From contig KZ538708.1 of NCBI GenBank assembly GCA_000934665.2, positions 1 through 52,346 on the forward strand: a stretch of 52,346 nt of DNA, written 5' to 3'. This document shows, piece after piece, positions 1-11,443 of this stretch. Under the pieces are notes generated by a model that saw only the letters and a list, made by a program, of their open reading frames with translations, had not been told where the DNA came from and made no database searches. The translations under genes were made by a program, and so were the position numbers. How positions within the stretch are numbered: position 1 is the stretch's first letter; each line of letters opens with the position of its first letter. Source of the DNA: Catajapyx aquilonaris. Its lineage: Eukaryota.

Positions 1-3000
1 GTTGGCGGCAAGACGTTCTTCAAGGAAGCGAAGGGTTTCCCATTTTCTTGTAATTATTTATCCATGACTACCCCCCCCCCTCCCCCACCACCTTCTGGGG
101 TCCCTGTATAATTCGCTTTGGGCGTGGCAATCGCTGACACGCGGGGCGCTGCACAAGAGACGAGAAAACGGAGCACTTCTCACAGGAGAGGGCCTACAGT
201 CCTACTTCCTGGCAGCAAGTCAATCACAACTGTCGGCCAACTTATGGCGCTCCAAGGTGGGGGCCTAGACAACAGAGCTTCGGGATGGAAAAAGGCTGGG
301 GGGATAAGTAATATTAATCGCCTCTATGCTGTGACAACTGAGGGCGCTCCACGCTTTACCCGCAAAAAATATGGCGGTTGGCGGGCTTTCCCGACGCGCG
401 CAGTTCAAACGGTGTTGACAATTAGCAACCTGTCGGGAGGGCGTCCCCTAGAATAGCGATAGGTATTGGCGGGAAATTCCTGTCCTGGCACGGAACATCG
501 AGCCGAGTATGCCATCAAGTTTGTCAGCTCTCCAAAATGGATATAATTGCTGGAGGAGTAGAAAACACATGTGACACACGCGGCAGACAATCGGGTTAAT
601 TGCGGGAGGAGAGCGGGGACTAATGACTAGATAGAGCGCCGAGACACTGTTTGGATGCTCTCACGCACGACAAAGTCAATCTAGGCCCCCGCTAGCCTAG
701 TTTAGACCCGAATTAGTCGGCTTCTAAGATGGATAGCGTTACCCTTTACTTCCCGTCTTTCCATTAAGGCCTTGCTGGAAGCTGGGAGGTAGTACTCCAA
801 AAGTGTATTAAGTAGTCCCATCACTCTTCATTAATGATTAAAGCCGCCGAAAGGCAGAGGTCTTATGCAAATTTCCCAAAGTCTCTGATCCGTGAGTCGG
901 GATTGGATGCTGAGGGCTGGGGGGAAATGAAAAAAAAGGAGAATGCGGCTACGGCGGCGGCGGCGGCGCTGAAGAGGAGAGGAGCTTGAGTCCGGAAGCC
1001 TCTCGAGGATGCCGACGCCGCCGACGCCGCTGATGGGGAGAGGAAGAAGAAGAAGAAGATGATGAAGAAGTGGAGGAGAAAAGGGCGGGAGGGCTTTGGG
1101 ATCTCCCCGGCAAAGGTATACGCATGGTCCTTTGGAGCCAGCCAGCAAGACAAACTCCCTAGTGAAACACAGGGGCCCCTTTGCACCGACATGAATGGGC
1201 AGTGTTAACTACAAGGTGGAGGAGCCCCTTTCAGACCCAGTAATGAGTATGCAAGAGTCCGAATGTCCGTCTAAGGAACGGAAGGGAACAATAGCCGGCA
1301 GCGTCTGGAGCACTTTCTCCAACTAGAATATAAGGGGCAGGAGGGAGAGAATGTATACAGTAAGTAGTCCTGCCATCCGATTGCAAGCTCAACCACCACT
1401 TAGTCGGCAACAACTTTGCTTCTCGCCGGGTCCCTGTGTCTGCCATCAAAGCAATAAGCAGCTCCGGACTCCCTCCTCCCACCACCTTCCACCCCCACCT
1501 ATTGACTCTAATGAGTAGAACCGCGGACTTGGAGCCACAACAAAGTGAACGGGACGAGCGCGTGTAGGACCCGAGAATCCCAGAGGTAATAGGCCAACTT
1601 CGTCATGGAAGGTGGCTCCGTTGGGGGTGGAGGGTGGGAAGGGGGAGGGATGAAGTCCCCATGAGCTTGGCGGGTCCGAACTGGAGTGCCATCTGCCAGT
1701 CCCGCTGCTATTTAGGCTCATATGCTCCTTAATTGAGTTTGGTAATGGAAGGCCTTCCTCATTACGCCATAATTAACATTGATCAGGGAGCATGTAGGAG
1801 GAAGAGTAAGGCTCGGGACACAACTTGAGACTCGGTCTAAGTTTGGCATTTGCACAAAAAAAAGTATTGCTGCACTCGGTTTTTGGACCCGCTGAGAGTC
1901 GGCAATAGTACAGTAGGGGGGGTTGGGCGGGGCAGAACTGGCGGGGTAGGTGTCAGGGTGGGTGGGGGGGGGGGTAGAGAGATAATTCGGCTCGATATGG
2001 GACATGTCGCATGTGAAATGTGCGTGTGATGTCGTATAATGAAACATGTAAATGGCACGAGGGTTGTGATGTAATTTGGATTCGGATGGATGGCCGGGGA
2101 ATCTGCAAATAGAAGACTCCCGTGTCGCGGGAAATGGCAGCCACCAAACTGCCACGCAATATTTTTTTTTCGTTGTTGCCTCGCTCTCCAGCTCTTTTAT
2201 TGCCCCGGTGGAAACGCAAGTCAAGGTCCATACTGAACAATACACTCGATTGTATATCAATGCATGACTCCTCCCACTATACGAGTCTTTCAAATATGAC
2301 TGGTTAAAGAACTCGAGCTGTTTGTGGGTTATCGGGGATAGAGGTGGGGGGACAAAAAAAAAAGTTGGCATCGTCATTTCGCACCAACTACCTTGTTGAT
2401 TCATCCATCCATCCTTCCCTCGAGAAATCATCAGATGCATTTTAATGAGTTAGAAAAGCGACACGTTCTCGGCTGCTAGAAATTAATGGCCGAATTATGG
2501 AAAACACGAGTTAGATTCCGCTGATAGGCGTCGTTGGTTTGAACACTGGGGAGGATTAGAATAGGTGTTGGCTTGTCCGTCCTTCAATTAATGTTGGTTA
2601 GCATATCATGGGGGTTTGGCTGAATAGGAAGGTGTGCCACCGCTCTTAGTATTCACATGCAGCCACCAACTCTGTACTCGAAAGTGGGTGGTGGTCCATC
2701 CAGTCTGCCAACTTCTTTTTGTCCTTCCGAGTTGGGGTCCAGTCGATAAATATCACTGCAGCTCCTCAGTCATGGTCAGCCAGTTTGTATGGACATGTGC
2801 AGATAGGGGTAATTACACAGTTCGAGTGATTTTAATACCTCTCCAGATGAATTTGCATCTGAGTGAAGCAGGCAGCAGGCGACCCTCGTACCAAAAAATG
2901 AGCGGGAGGGAGGGGTGATAGCATAGGCAATGATCCTGAGCCGCTTTCCATTTCCAAATCCATTATCATTAAGAAAGGAGGAGGAGGAAGAAGGAAAAAA

Positions 3001-6000
3001 AAAAAAACTGGTGGCCATTATTATGCAGGGTTTGGAGTTCCTCCTGCTGGGCGGTTATTGCCTCGCACGCCCCAAACTGCAATTTAAGTGTCCATTTGGC
3101 TGTCTTGTTTACTCAGGGGACGTCGGATAAGAGAGGATGGGGGGTTTTTGGTCATGACCAGCGGTCCTCCATGGGAGGGCCCCCCTTTCCTTGTCGCTAC
3201 AATAGAAGCGCAGACCTGCCAACCAAACACGACTCTTCATCTCCCAAGACTCCCTTTGCCTTTCCTCTCGACACGTTCCAAGCTCCACTTCCCCGAGAAG
3301 CACAAACACAAGTCCTCTCTTGCCGCCCCCCCAAGTGACGGGCGATTGCTACTAAGATGACCCCCCCTTCGCCGCCCACCCCTTTCCATGCTAATTTCGC
3401 TACCTTCTCCCCGCTCTCTGTGGACACTGTTAAGTAGAGATCCGCATTAAAACGTGCTAAAAACCCGGCTAAGGAGGCGGGGGAGCCACGCTTGGCAAAG
3501 TTTGCATCTCTTTTCTTCTTCATTTTGAGGGTAGCGGGAAGCAGGCGCCTTGGAGCGATTTAATAAAAGTGGCCCCATGCTGTCCGGAAACGGGTGGGAC
3601 CGGGCGAAATGGTGCAACCGGCCCTGGTGATTGTTGACCGTTTATGGAGCCAGGCAGTCGACGGGACGTCCCTTCACATCACTCCCCAAACCCTTTTCCC
3701 CAAGATGACCCTGCTCGCCGCTGGAGTCCCGCTTTATATATCTGCTGGAAGAGAAAATCGGGGTATCGTCCCCCAAAACTTTTTTCATCCCCACCTCCGC
3801 CTGAATGACAGATTTTGACGGCAGTCACTTTAAACAAAGGCCCGGAATTATATTTTCAATAAGGCTAGTTGTGCCCCAGAGTGACTTGTGGCGTCGTGGG
3901 TCGCGCCACTCTCGACACTCCCTGTCAATAACTCTGGCCATGCTTGATAAAAGAAACAGTGAGCCTGTCGGCCCCGTGATGAAAATGGTAAATGAAGCCC
4001 GTCGAGACGGATTAAGGTAGTGACCCGATCCATTTTTCTGACAGGCTCGAGTCAGATTATAGGCTAGGTTATATGCGCCTGGGCCTCTGCTTGCCTGCCT
4101 GCCTGCTGCTGTCTGGAGGAAAAGCCGCTGCAAAGGAGTGAGTGTGTCTGGGGAGCTGGGAAGACATCCTGCCAAGTAGTTTTGCAGTTAGCCTACTTAA
4201 GTCGCGGCCGCGGAGGTTGATGGCGAGGCAGCTTCTATCAAGCAGATCCGTGGTCACTTTGCCGGAACTTTGGTCCGGGAGGAGGTTCCGGGGAAGGCTT
4301 TGGCCTTAATCCGGGCAGCGGAGCAGAAAAGTGGGCTCGCATCCTGTGCGAGGTCGGAGAGGGGTGAGGAAGAGAGAGAGAGAGGGAGGGAGGAAGGAAA
4401 GGAGGGCCTCTTGATCCTCGGCCGAGCATGCGATTCCAGAGCTTTGTGTCCTCTAGGTCTCGTCTGGACGCGGCTTGGCTTCAAAGCCAAAGTAGATGGG
4501 GTCTGGAATGGGTGGGTGGATAGGTGGGTGGGAAACTTTTTGGCCAGTCGGTCACCACCTACCCCAAAATCAACAATGGAATCGATATAGGCACCCATGC
4601 GCAGACTGACGACATTAGGCACTTAATTAGATGTTTACAACTCCTGGGGTCGATGTTATGGACCTCCCTGATTTGATATGCTTGACCCTAGACGGCGAGA
4701 GTTTCAGAGGAGTATCCTCCAACCTCGACCTCTCAAAATCCTCTTTCAAGCCACCCCCTTTTCCACCTCCTCCCCGGCCGATGCGTGGGCCCCCACTTTG
4801 CCTTTCTCCCTTTGCCTGGTCACTGTCTGGGACCGATTTAATTATGCGAGCCAAATAGGAGTCAGCCGAGGCAGCCATGGCGTGCTGGCTTTGGCCCCGA
4901 CTGCACAAGATGACGGATAATGATGCTCTTGGCCCTCTCCTTCCGCCTTGTAGCCGGGATAATGATCTGGGAGGGTTGAGAGGGAGATCGGAAGTGCGGC
5001 CAACTCTTTGTAGGCCATCTTATAGGCCGGTCCTTATGTCTCCATTCGCAACCACTGCCATTTTTAACCCGGACTTGGTGCTTGCCAAAGGAAATTGTCC
5101 AGCCTGGTTCTTTTGGAGAACTGTATCCTGGCCAGCTAGCAACCCACACCCCATCAGCGGTGTGTGGGTTGCTAGCTGGTCAGGATACCCTAATCATGTG
5201 CGTCATCACTGTTTCCGTATCAGAATCTTAGAATGCACCATCAAAAAAAAAGTGTCTCCTCGTTTTTTATCCGGGCGTACGAGGTGGAGAATAAAAAAAA
5301 GGACAGAGGGGGAAAAAAAGCTGACGTTTGACATGCGGATAGTGCCGGTGCAGCTTTCCGGAAGGCCGCTGGGGAATCCGGTCTCCGGGGAGCGGACGGA
5401 GGGAATCGAATTAATTTGGATGGTAGGGATGCAGGTATAGTTGCTGGGGCGAGAGGGGGTTGGGCTTGTTGAGAGAGGTTTCTAATTTCATGACACATTG
5501 ATTGGGAATGTCGTGGCATACCACATAGGTCAGTTTGTCAATGCAACTGGACATACAGATTGCGCCAAAAACAGGGTGTTAGAATTGATACTATTCCACA
5601 GGCGGTTGTAAGCTTCGCCTGGTGGAGCGCTGGCGTGAAAGGGTTTAAACCAAGCGGGCTCGCTTCAAGGTTCCGTGTCTTCCCGATAGATGGAAGCAGC
5701 GCTCGGGCGGGACTCGCTTAATTACCATACTTGGCCCCAACCCTGTTTCATCAACACTGTACCTAAAAGGACTGCTACATTTTTAGATTTCTTATTCCTC
5801 CACCCTGTTCCGTTCTGAAAATGGGAGGTCCAAAGAACAGGTCGATAACTGCTTGGCCGCCAAAAAAATTTTTTTTTTTTTTTTGGCGCGTTAAAGAAGA
5901 CGATGCGGAACTTTTGGGGCAGAGCGAGTTGGACATCTGTCCTGCTTTTGTTCGTGTAGAATCAGCAAAGTATTGATCTGCTGTCCCGGAGGTTTGATAT

Positions 6001-8103
6001 CACGGTGGACAGGTCCGTCCCCGGAAGGCTTCATTTCATAACGTCGTTATCGTACACTTCGCTGCATTAAGTGAGCCGCGGGCTACCTTAGTGCTCAGGA
6101 AGCCAAAACCAGACTCAGATGGCGAAGTTTGCCCGCAGGAAAGTGTCCGTCACTTTATCACGGGGATGGAAATTGACAATTGGGCGCAGGAAGTGCAGTG
6201 GGGGAAGGATGGGGTTTTGCGTCGCTCACTTCGTTTTTTTCCAGTGCGACAGTAGGCTATAACTTGAGACCCTGTAAAGAAAGGTCCTAGCGACGGAAGT
6301 CCGGTTCTTTCACCGATTCGTCTTGGATGCGGATGACCGATTGGCAGTCACCTTTCTCGCCCACTCCCAATAGCGAAAAGGAAAAAAAAGCGTCTTTTGT
6401 CACACTCGTTTTGTAGATCTACCCTTATAAAAATGACGCGGATCGAAGGACAAGAATCGGACTTGGGAGTTAATTTCCGACTGTTCCATTATGCACTGCA
6501 CACAAAAAAAGGAGAGAAATGACAAGAGTTCTTTACAATCAAAGGCCTGTCCTGGTACGTTTGCATAATAAAAGATTGGGCCGTTGACAGACACGGATCT
6601 GTCCGATTATTGCAGTCCAGAAGCAACCACGACGCACATGAATCACGATATAATAGTATGAATGATTCCTCCCGTGACCTAAACCCTATACAGCAGGTTC
6701 GTGTCTCATTTCCATGACTTTTTTTTATATGCATATACCCTGTCTAAGCCCAATCCCTTTTGACGGTTGGGACCAAGAGGTCGACAGCGACGAATTTTTA
6801 GCGTCACCTGTCGGGTTCGGTCTAGGAATAAAAAATGGCGATGAATTTTATTATGCGGCGAATCAAAAGAAGTGAAAGTCTCCATTGGCACATCGACCGT
6901 TGAGAGTTTGTGCTGGTCTCCTTTTTTTCGTGTCTCCCACGATATATTAAAAGCTATTTGAGCATAATTAAGATGGTCATCGGTCAGGTTGTAAAGGTGG
7001 TCACCAGCAAACTCGGCCATACAAAACGATGATGTGGAGTTTTGCGCATGATTGTTTGAGGTTACAGCCGCTTTTGATCAGGACAATGGCATCGCATATA
7101 CTGGAGTAGAATATTGTGAACAACCGGTTGGGAGGCAAGCAGAGTTGAAAATTCGGAAAAGGGACATGGGAGATGGCGAGGTCTCAACGGGTGTCCAACT
7201 GGAGGAGAACAAAAGCCCTTTTGTGTCACTGCCTGCCATCGATCAATGGCCTCAATTCATATCTTGTCGAACTCTCATAATCGCTGCTGCGCTGCCAATT
7301 ATCAATAAAAAAGAGTGGGTCCTTCCCTCCCGATTTTTTTTTTTGTTCCTTATATACATGGGAGGAGGGATGATGTCCTCGGACAGGAGGGCCGGGTCAA
7401 AGGACGAGACACGTTCCACTCGTCTCTTTGTCACCGAAGGGTTATTGAACAGCAAACCGTGCGTCACAAAAGGTCACCGGTTTGATCCTGAAGCAAAGCG
7501 TGACCATGGGCGTCAGTCATCGGTGACCATTGAGCGTGAAATATCAAAATCCACTTTGTCATTTTCAATCCGACCATTCAAGCGGCTCAATTTGGCGTCT
7601 AGTGCAGTTTTGTTTTGACAAGTAGGCAAGCTGGTTGGGGGAGCTATTAGAAGAGAGCCAGTTTTGTCAGACATAACTACATATTCAGGTTTAGAGTGGG
7701 CCTCCAAATCCGGCGGAAAATTCAAGAGTCTGCCATGTGACCAGGCATCAGCAATTGTGCGGAAATCGAGGGTGCATTTGACCGAGTCTGTCGTTCCATG
7801 CTGCATGCTGTTATGAATTTTTCAGCAGTCGAGATGGGAAGGAGAGGGGGGAATAACCGGGACTTTTTTTGGGGGGGGATACAGTCCTCGCGTATGTGAT
7901 TGGGGGCCAATTGGAGGGACACTAATTTCGAGTATCATGTTCAGAGGAAATTGACCTATGATTATGGTGGGGAATGACTGGTACGTTGCCGGGGGAATGA
8001 ACAAGGAGTTTGGGCGCAGTCGGCCATCCGATGTACTGTAGTTGGATCTAGTTACTTGGACAGAGACAACAACAAGACACCCAAGCCTCGTTTTCCATGC
8101 CTT

Positions 8104-8163
8104 GAGAGAGAGAGAGAGAGCGAGAGAGAGAGAGCGAGAGAGAGAGAGAGAGCGAGAGCGAGA
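8104..8163. repeat. (GA)n microsatellite with a few GC interruptions
   Basis: gagagagagagagagagcgagagagagagagcgagag... read directly; it produces the spurious ERERER/SLSLSL ORFs. Confidence 0.95.
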
Positions 8164-8726
8164 CGAAGCTCGACAGGAGCTTGAGGCAGGGAAATGTAAT
8201 GCGATAGTTTCTGCAGAGAAGAGCCTTTGGCCCCGGGGCAAAGTGGATGTCGTGCTTCTCGGGCACCTCTTCTTACTCCTTTCGCTCTTGTTTCTGGGCT
8301 GAGGGAAACTGGTCCTCGGGCGATGGTGATTACTGGTTGATGGACGTGCTAATAATTTAATCTCCTTCAGAAGCTAGTGGTTCGGATGGGTTCTGGACCG
8401 TGAAGCCCTCGACGGGAGGGAGCGATGCGATAATGACGACGATGATGAACAGATCGAGAACGCGATCAGAAGCTTCCTCCTCCTTGGAGGCTAAGCACTC
8501 TTTGGGTTGCCAAGGAACGCTGGCTTCTTGGGGTTTGTCTCTCAAGATCAACATTATGCCACTTTGCGCCAGGCGTAACGAGAATTTCCTATCAACTCCC
8601 GCCTCAAAAATGCGCGCGCACACAGGGGACGTCACAACTTTGACGTTATTAGAGCAGTTTTTTTGGAGGGTGTTGCGAAAGTGAAAATTTTAATTGGATG
8701 TTCCAGAACTAAAATGGACGAAGCGT

Positions 8727-8765
8727 TACTAATATACGGGTCTTCTTTCTTTTTTAAATTTGCAG
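8727..8765 (+). promoter_or_regulatory. Branch point, polypyrimidine tract and 3' splice site
   Basis: TACTAAT at 8727-8733, then tcttctttcttttttaaatttgcAG. BCL11 homology (EPSSYVC) starts exactly after the AG, in phase 1 (G|AA). Confidence 0.9.
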
Positions 8766-11443
8766 AACCGAGTTCGTACGTGTGCTCCACCTGCAAGCAC
8801 CACTTCAGCTCGGCTTGGTCTCTGGTGCAACACGCGCAAAGCAGCCATGGCATGAAGATCTACGTGGAGCCGGCGCCTGCAGCCTGTGCGTCAACTTGCA
8901 ACAGGCCTACTCGCAGCACGTCTTCCACACCAACTTCCTCCACAACCCCAGCTCCTTCCGCCCCGGGGTCTACACCGGGATCCCTCCTGCCCCCATCAGC
9001 ACCCCATACGCCCTCCAGGGCAATCATGGCCGCCGCCGCAGCCGCTGCCCTGGCGATCGAGCTCCCTCGTACCTCCTCCGTTTCTGCTTCTGGCCCCTGC
9101 TCATCCGGGGGTCCGTCTCAAGTGCTGCAGCCTGTGGGTGGCCCTCCATTGCCGCCAGCCCTAGACCCGCACAACCCATTCGGACTGCTCCGGATGCCTC
9201 TGGGCGAGCGTCAATTCTCCCCAGCGCTCAACGCTCACAACCCCTTCGCCCGTCCGTCTAGTCACGAGTTCCGCGTGGAACAGCTCATGTCGGAACAGTT
9301 CCGCTTGAACCCGCACGGACTGGCCCTGCCCACGCCCTTTGAGCGCCCTCCCTTCGGGGATCCGTTTGATCATCGCAACGGAGGGGCTCGTGCTGCTGCT
9401 GCTGCTGCCGCTGCTGCGGCCGCGGCCGCGGCGGCTGCTGCGGCGGGTCCTCCCCCACCTGGCATCAACCTGGGATTGGAGCCCCAACTGGACTTTTACT
9501 CGCAACGCTTGAGGCAGCTGGCGGGCACCACCAGTCCCAACAGCTCACCCTCGCCGAGGAAACCTCTCCTCACCCCGCCCTTCTCGTCGCCCCAGCTTGG
9601 CACCCAGGGCGGAAACGGAGGCGGACCTCCTCAGCCCCCTAACCAGCATGGAGCCTCCTCAGCCGGGGGCTCGGGTGGGTCACTTCCATCCACGCCTCAG
9701 TCGACCTCCCCGCCCGACAACCAGCACAAGTCGGATGGCGGGAGTTCAGGAGGGGGTGGAGGAGCTGTTGTAACATCGTCGTCTTCTGCCGTGACCACCA
9801 CCTCCACCTCCGCCAACAACAACAATAATCACAACAACAATCACAACAACAACAACAATAACAACAATAACAACAACAACACCTCCACTAGTACCACTGC
9901 CAATGCATCCAGTACCGGGAACGGCCTGCCCTCTAAACTAAAAGAGTGCGAGTTTTGCGGCAAGAAATTCAGGTTCCAGAGCAATTTGGACGTCCACCGC
10001 CACTCCCATCACAGTGGGGAAAACAAGCCGTATCGTTGCGCATTGTGCAACTTCTCGTGCTCTCTTCCTGGCAAACTGCGGAGGCATATGAAGTTGCAGC
10101 ATCGGAGTTCCAGCAGTGGCGGGAGCCAAGCAGATGCCGAAAACCACGAGAACGATGACAGCACGACGTCAACACCTGATTCTAGTAGCAAGGAGAGGTT
10201 CCTGAATGACGCTGCATCTAATAGCGGTTCTGCAGACTCCCTGGATGAGGACGGTGATGAAGAACTAGACGATGAAGATGAGGAAATGGAGCTGGATGAG
10301 GAGGAAGAGGAGGAGGAGGAGGAGGAGGAAGACGGCCATGAAGGTGATACCCCAGAAGATCTCACTACCACCAAGTCCACCCCGAACAACTCCGGTTCAA
10401 CGGGGACCACGCACAGTTCCAGTGCAGAAAAACCGTCTTCTAGTTCTCTGGTTGGAGAGTTGATGGACAAGTTCGGCCTGAGCACGATCCAGCAGTACAA
10501 CGAGGCCTTCAAGGCGGCCCTGCAGGAGTCCAATACAGGAAAAGTGAAGGAGGAGAGAGGGCACCATAATTCCAGCGCAAATGGTAACCACGTGCTAGAC
10601 CTGAAGGATGCCTTGAGCCCCATCAAACCAGCTACCAGCACACCAAATCTGGGGTCTGACAACGGGCTGGAAAAATCCCTCCGACTGCGAGACGACATGG
10701 CCAAAGGACTACTCGGCCAGAATCCCCTGGAGCTGGGTCCCCACGGCTTCTTCGGCGCCTTCGACAATCCCTTCGACGCATCCAAGAGGTTGAAGCTGGA
10801 CCTGGAGAACCACCACGGACTAGGACGCGAGCAAGACAGCCTGTACGCTGGCTTGTGGCTGCCCACCATGGCCGGCCCCAGAGACCTGTTCCTGGGGATG
10901 CCACCTGAACCATCGGATCTGCTGGGGAGGAGCAGGAACTCCGTGGCCGAAAGTGCCTTGAAGTCGGTTTCCGGACGACTGGCCAACTCCCTCGGGGGCG
11001 GTCCAAAGGCCGGCACCAGCGGCAACGGAGGCAGTGGACTGGGTCTGGGTCTAGGCCCGGGCCACATGCCAGGCCACAAGAAGGAGTCCCGCCGCAACGA
11101 CACGTGCGAGTATTGCGGCAAAGTCTTCAAGAATTGCAGCAACTTGACCGTGCATCGTCGCTCTCACACCGGGGAGAAGCCGTACAAGTGTGAACTGTGC
11201 AGCTACGCCTGCGCCCAAAGCTCCAAGCTGACCCGGCACATGAAGACTCATGGCCGGCTGGGCAAGGACGTGTACCGGTGTCGCTTCTGCGACATGCCCT
11301 TCTCCGTGCCGTCGACGCTGGAGAAACACATGCGCAAGTGCGTCGTGAACCAGAACAGCAAGGCAGGCGGGATGGTGCCCTCCTTGGTCACTGGTGAGGA
11401 CACTGGCGACTCCAGCGCCTCTGCCTCCAAAGAGACCACCTGA
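8766..11443 (+). CDS. BCL11: Terminal coding exon of a BCL11A/BCL11B (CTIP)-family C2H2 zinc-finger transcription factor; 5'-partial
   Basis: EPSSYVCSTCKHHFSSAWSLVQHAQSSHGMKIY matches BCL11 ZF1. DFYSQRLRQLAG resembles BCL11 DFSRRLRELAG. A central finger pair (CEFCGKKFRFQSNL...) lies at 9947-10102, followed by an acidic tract. The C-terminal triplet DTCEYCGKVFKNCSNLTVHRRSHTGEKPYKCELCSYACAQSSKLTRHMKTHG...PFSVPSTLEKHMRKC (11105-11341) is nearly identical to vertebrate BCL11 ZF4-6. Stop TGA at 11441-11443. The ORF-track start at 8663 is intronic. Confidence 0.95.
9392..9445 (+). repeat. Coding GCN repeat, 18-residue poly-alanine
   Basis: gct gct gct gct gct gcc gct gct gcg... in frame with the CDS. 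Confidence 0.95.
9815..9880 (+). repeat. Coding (AAC/AAT)n repeat, 22-residue Asn tract with two His
   Basis: aac aac aac aat aat cac aac... in frame with the CDS. Confidence 0.95.

Larger units (their letters stand above)
1..8765 (+). other. Intron (3' part) upstream of the BCL11-like terminal exon
   Basis: Ends in a canonical acceptor at 8764-8765. No sequence encoding the BCL11 N-terminus (MSRRKQ NuRD motif, C2HC finger) is recognisable in 1-8765, so the upstream exons are inferred to lie outside the window. Confidence 0.75.

Noticed and set aside
1034..1115. Acidic frame ending ...DLPGK with AAG|GTATAC, a possible upstream exon joining to EPSSY
   Set aside because: In-frame TGA at 1031-1033, no polypyrimidine acceptor after it and a weak donor; it looks like a GAA/GAT low-complexity tract.
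1915..1976. G-quadruplex-like G-tracts (also about 4498-4533, 35166-35221, and C-tracts at 11461-11500)
   Set aside because: G/C runs are ubiquitous in the GC-rich blocks and nothing singles these out as functional.
1718..2440. 240-aa minus-strand ORF, and similar ORFs at 4877-5440 and 7052-7618
   Set aside because: No recognisable motifs; they run through homopolymer tracts and are expected by chance in GC-rich intronic DNA.
8663..8765. N-terminal 34 aa of the 926-aa ORF
   Set aside because: Non-ATG start; the segment contains the branch point and polypyrimidine tract, and homology begins only after the AG at 8765.
10009..11142. 377-aa antisense ORF (also 11051-11533)
   Set aside because: Shadow of the GC-rich BCL11 coding strand; Ser-rich mirror of the acidic tract with no domain.
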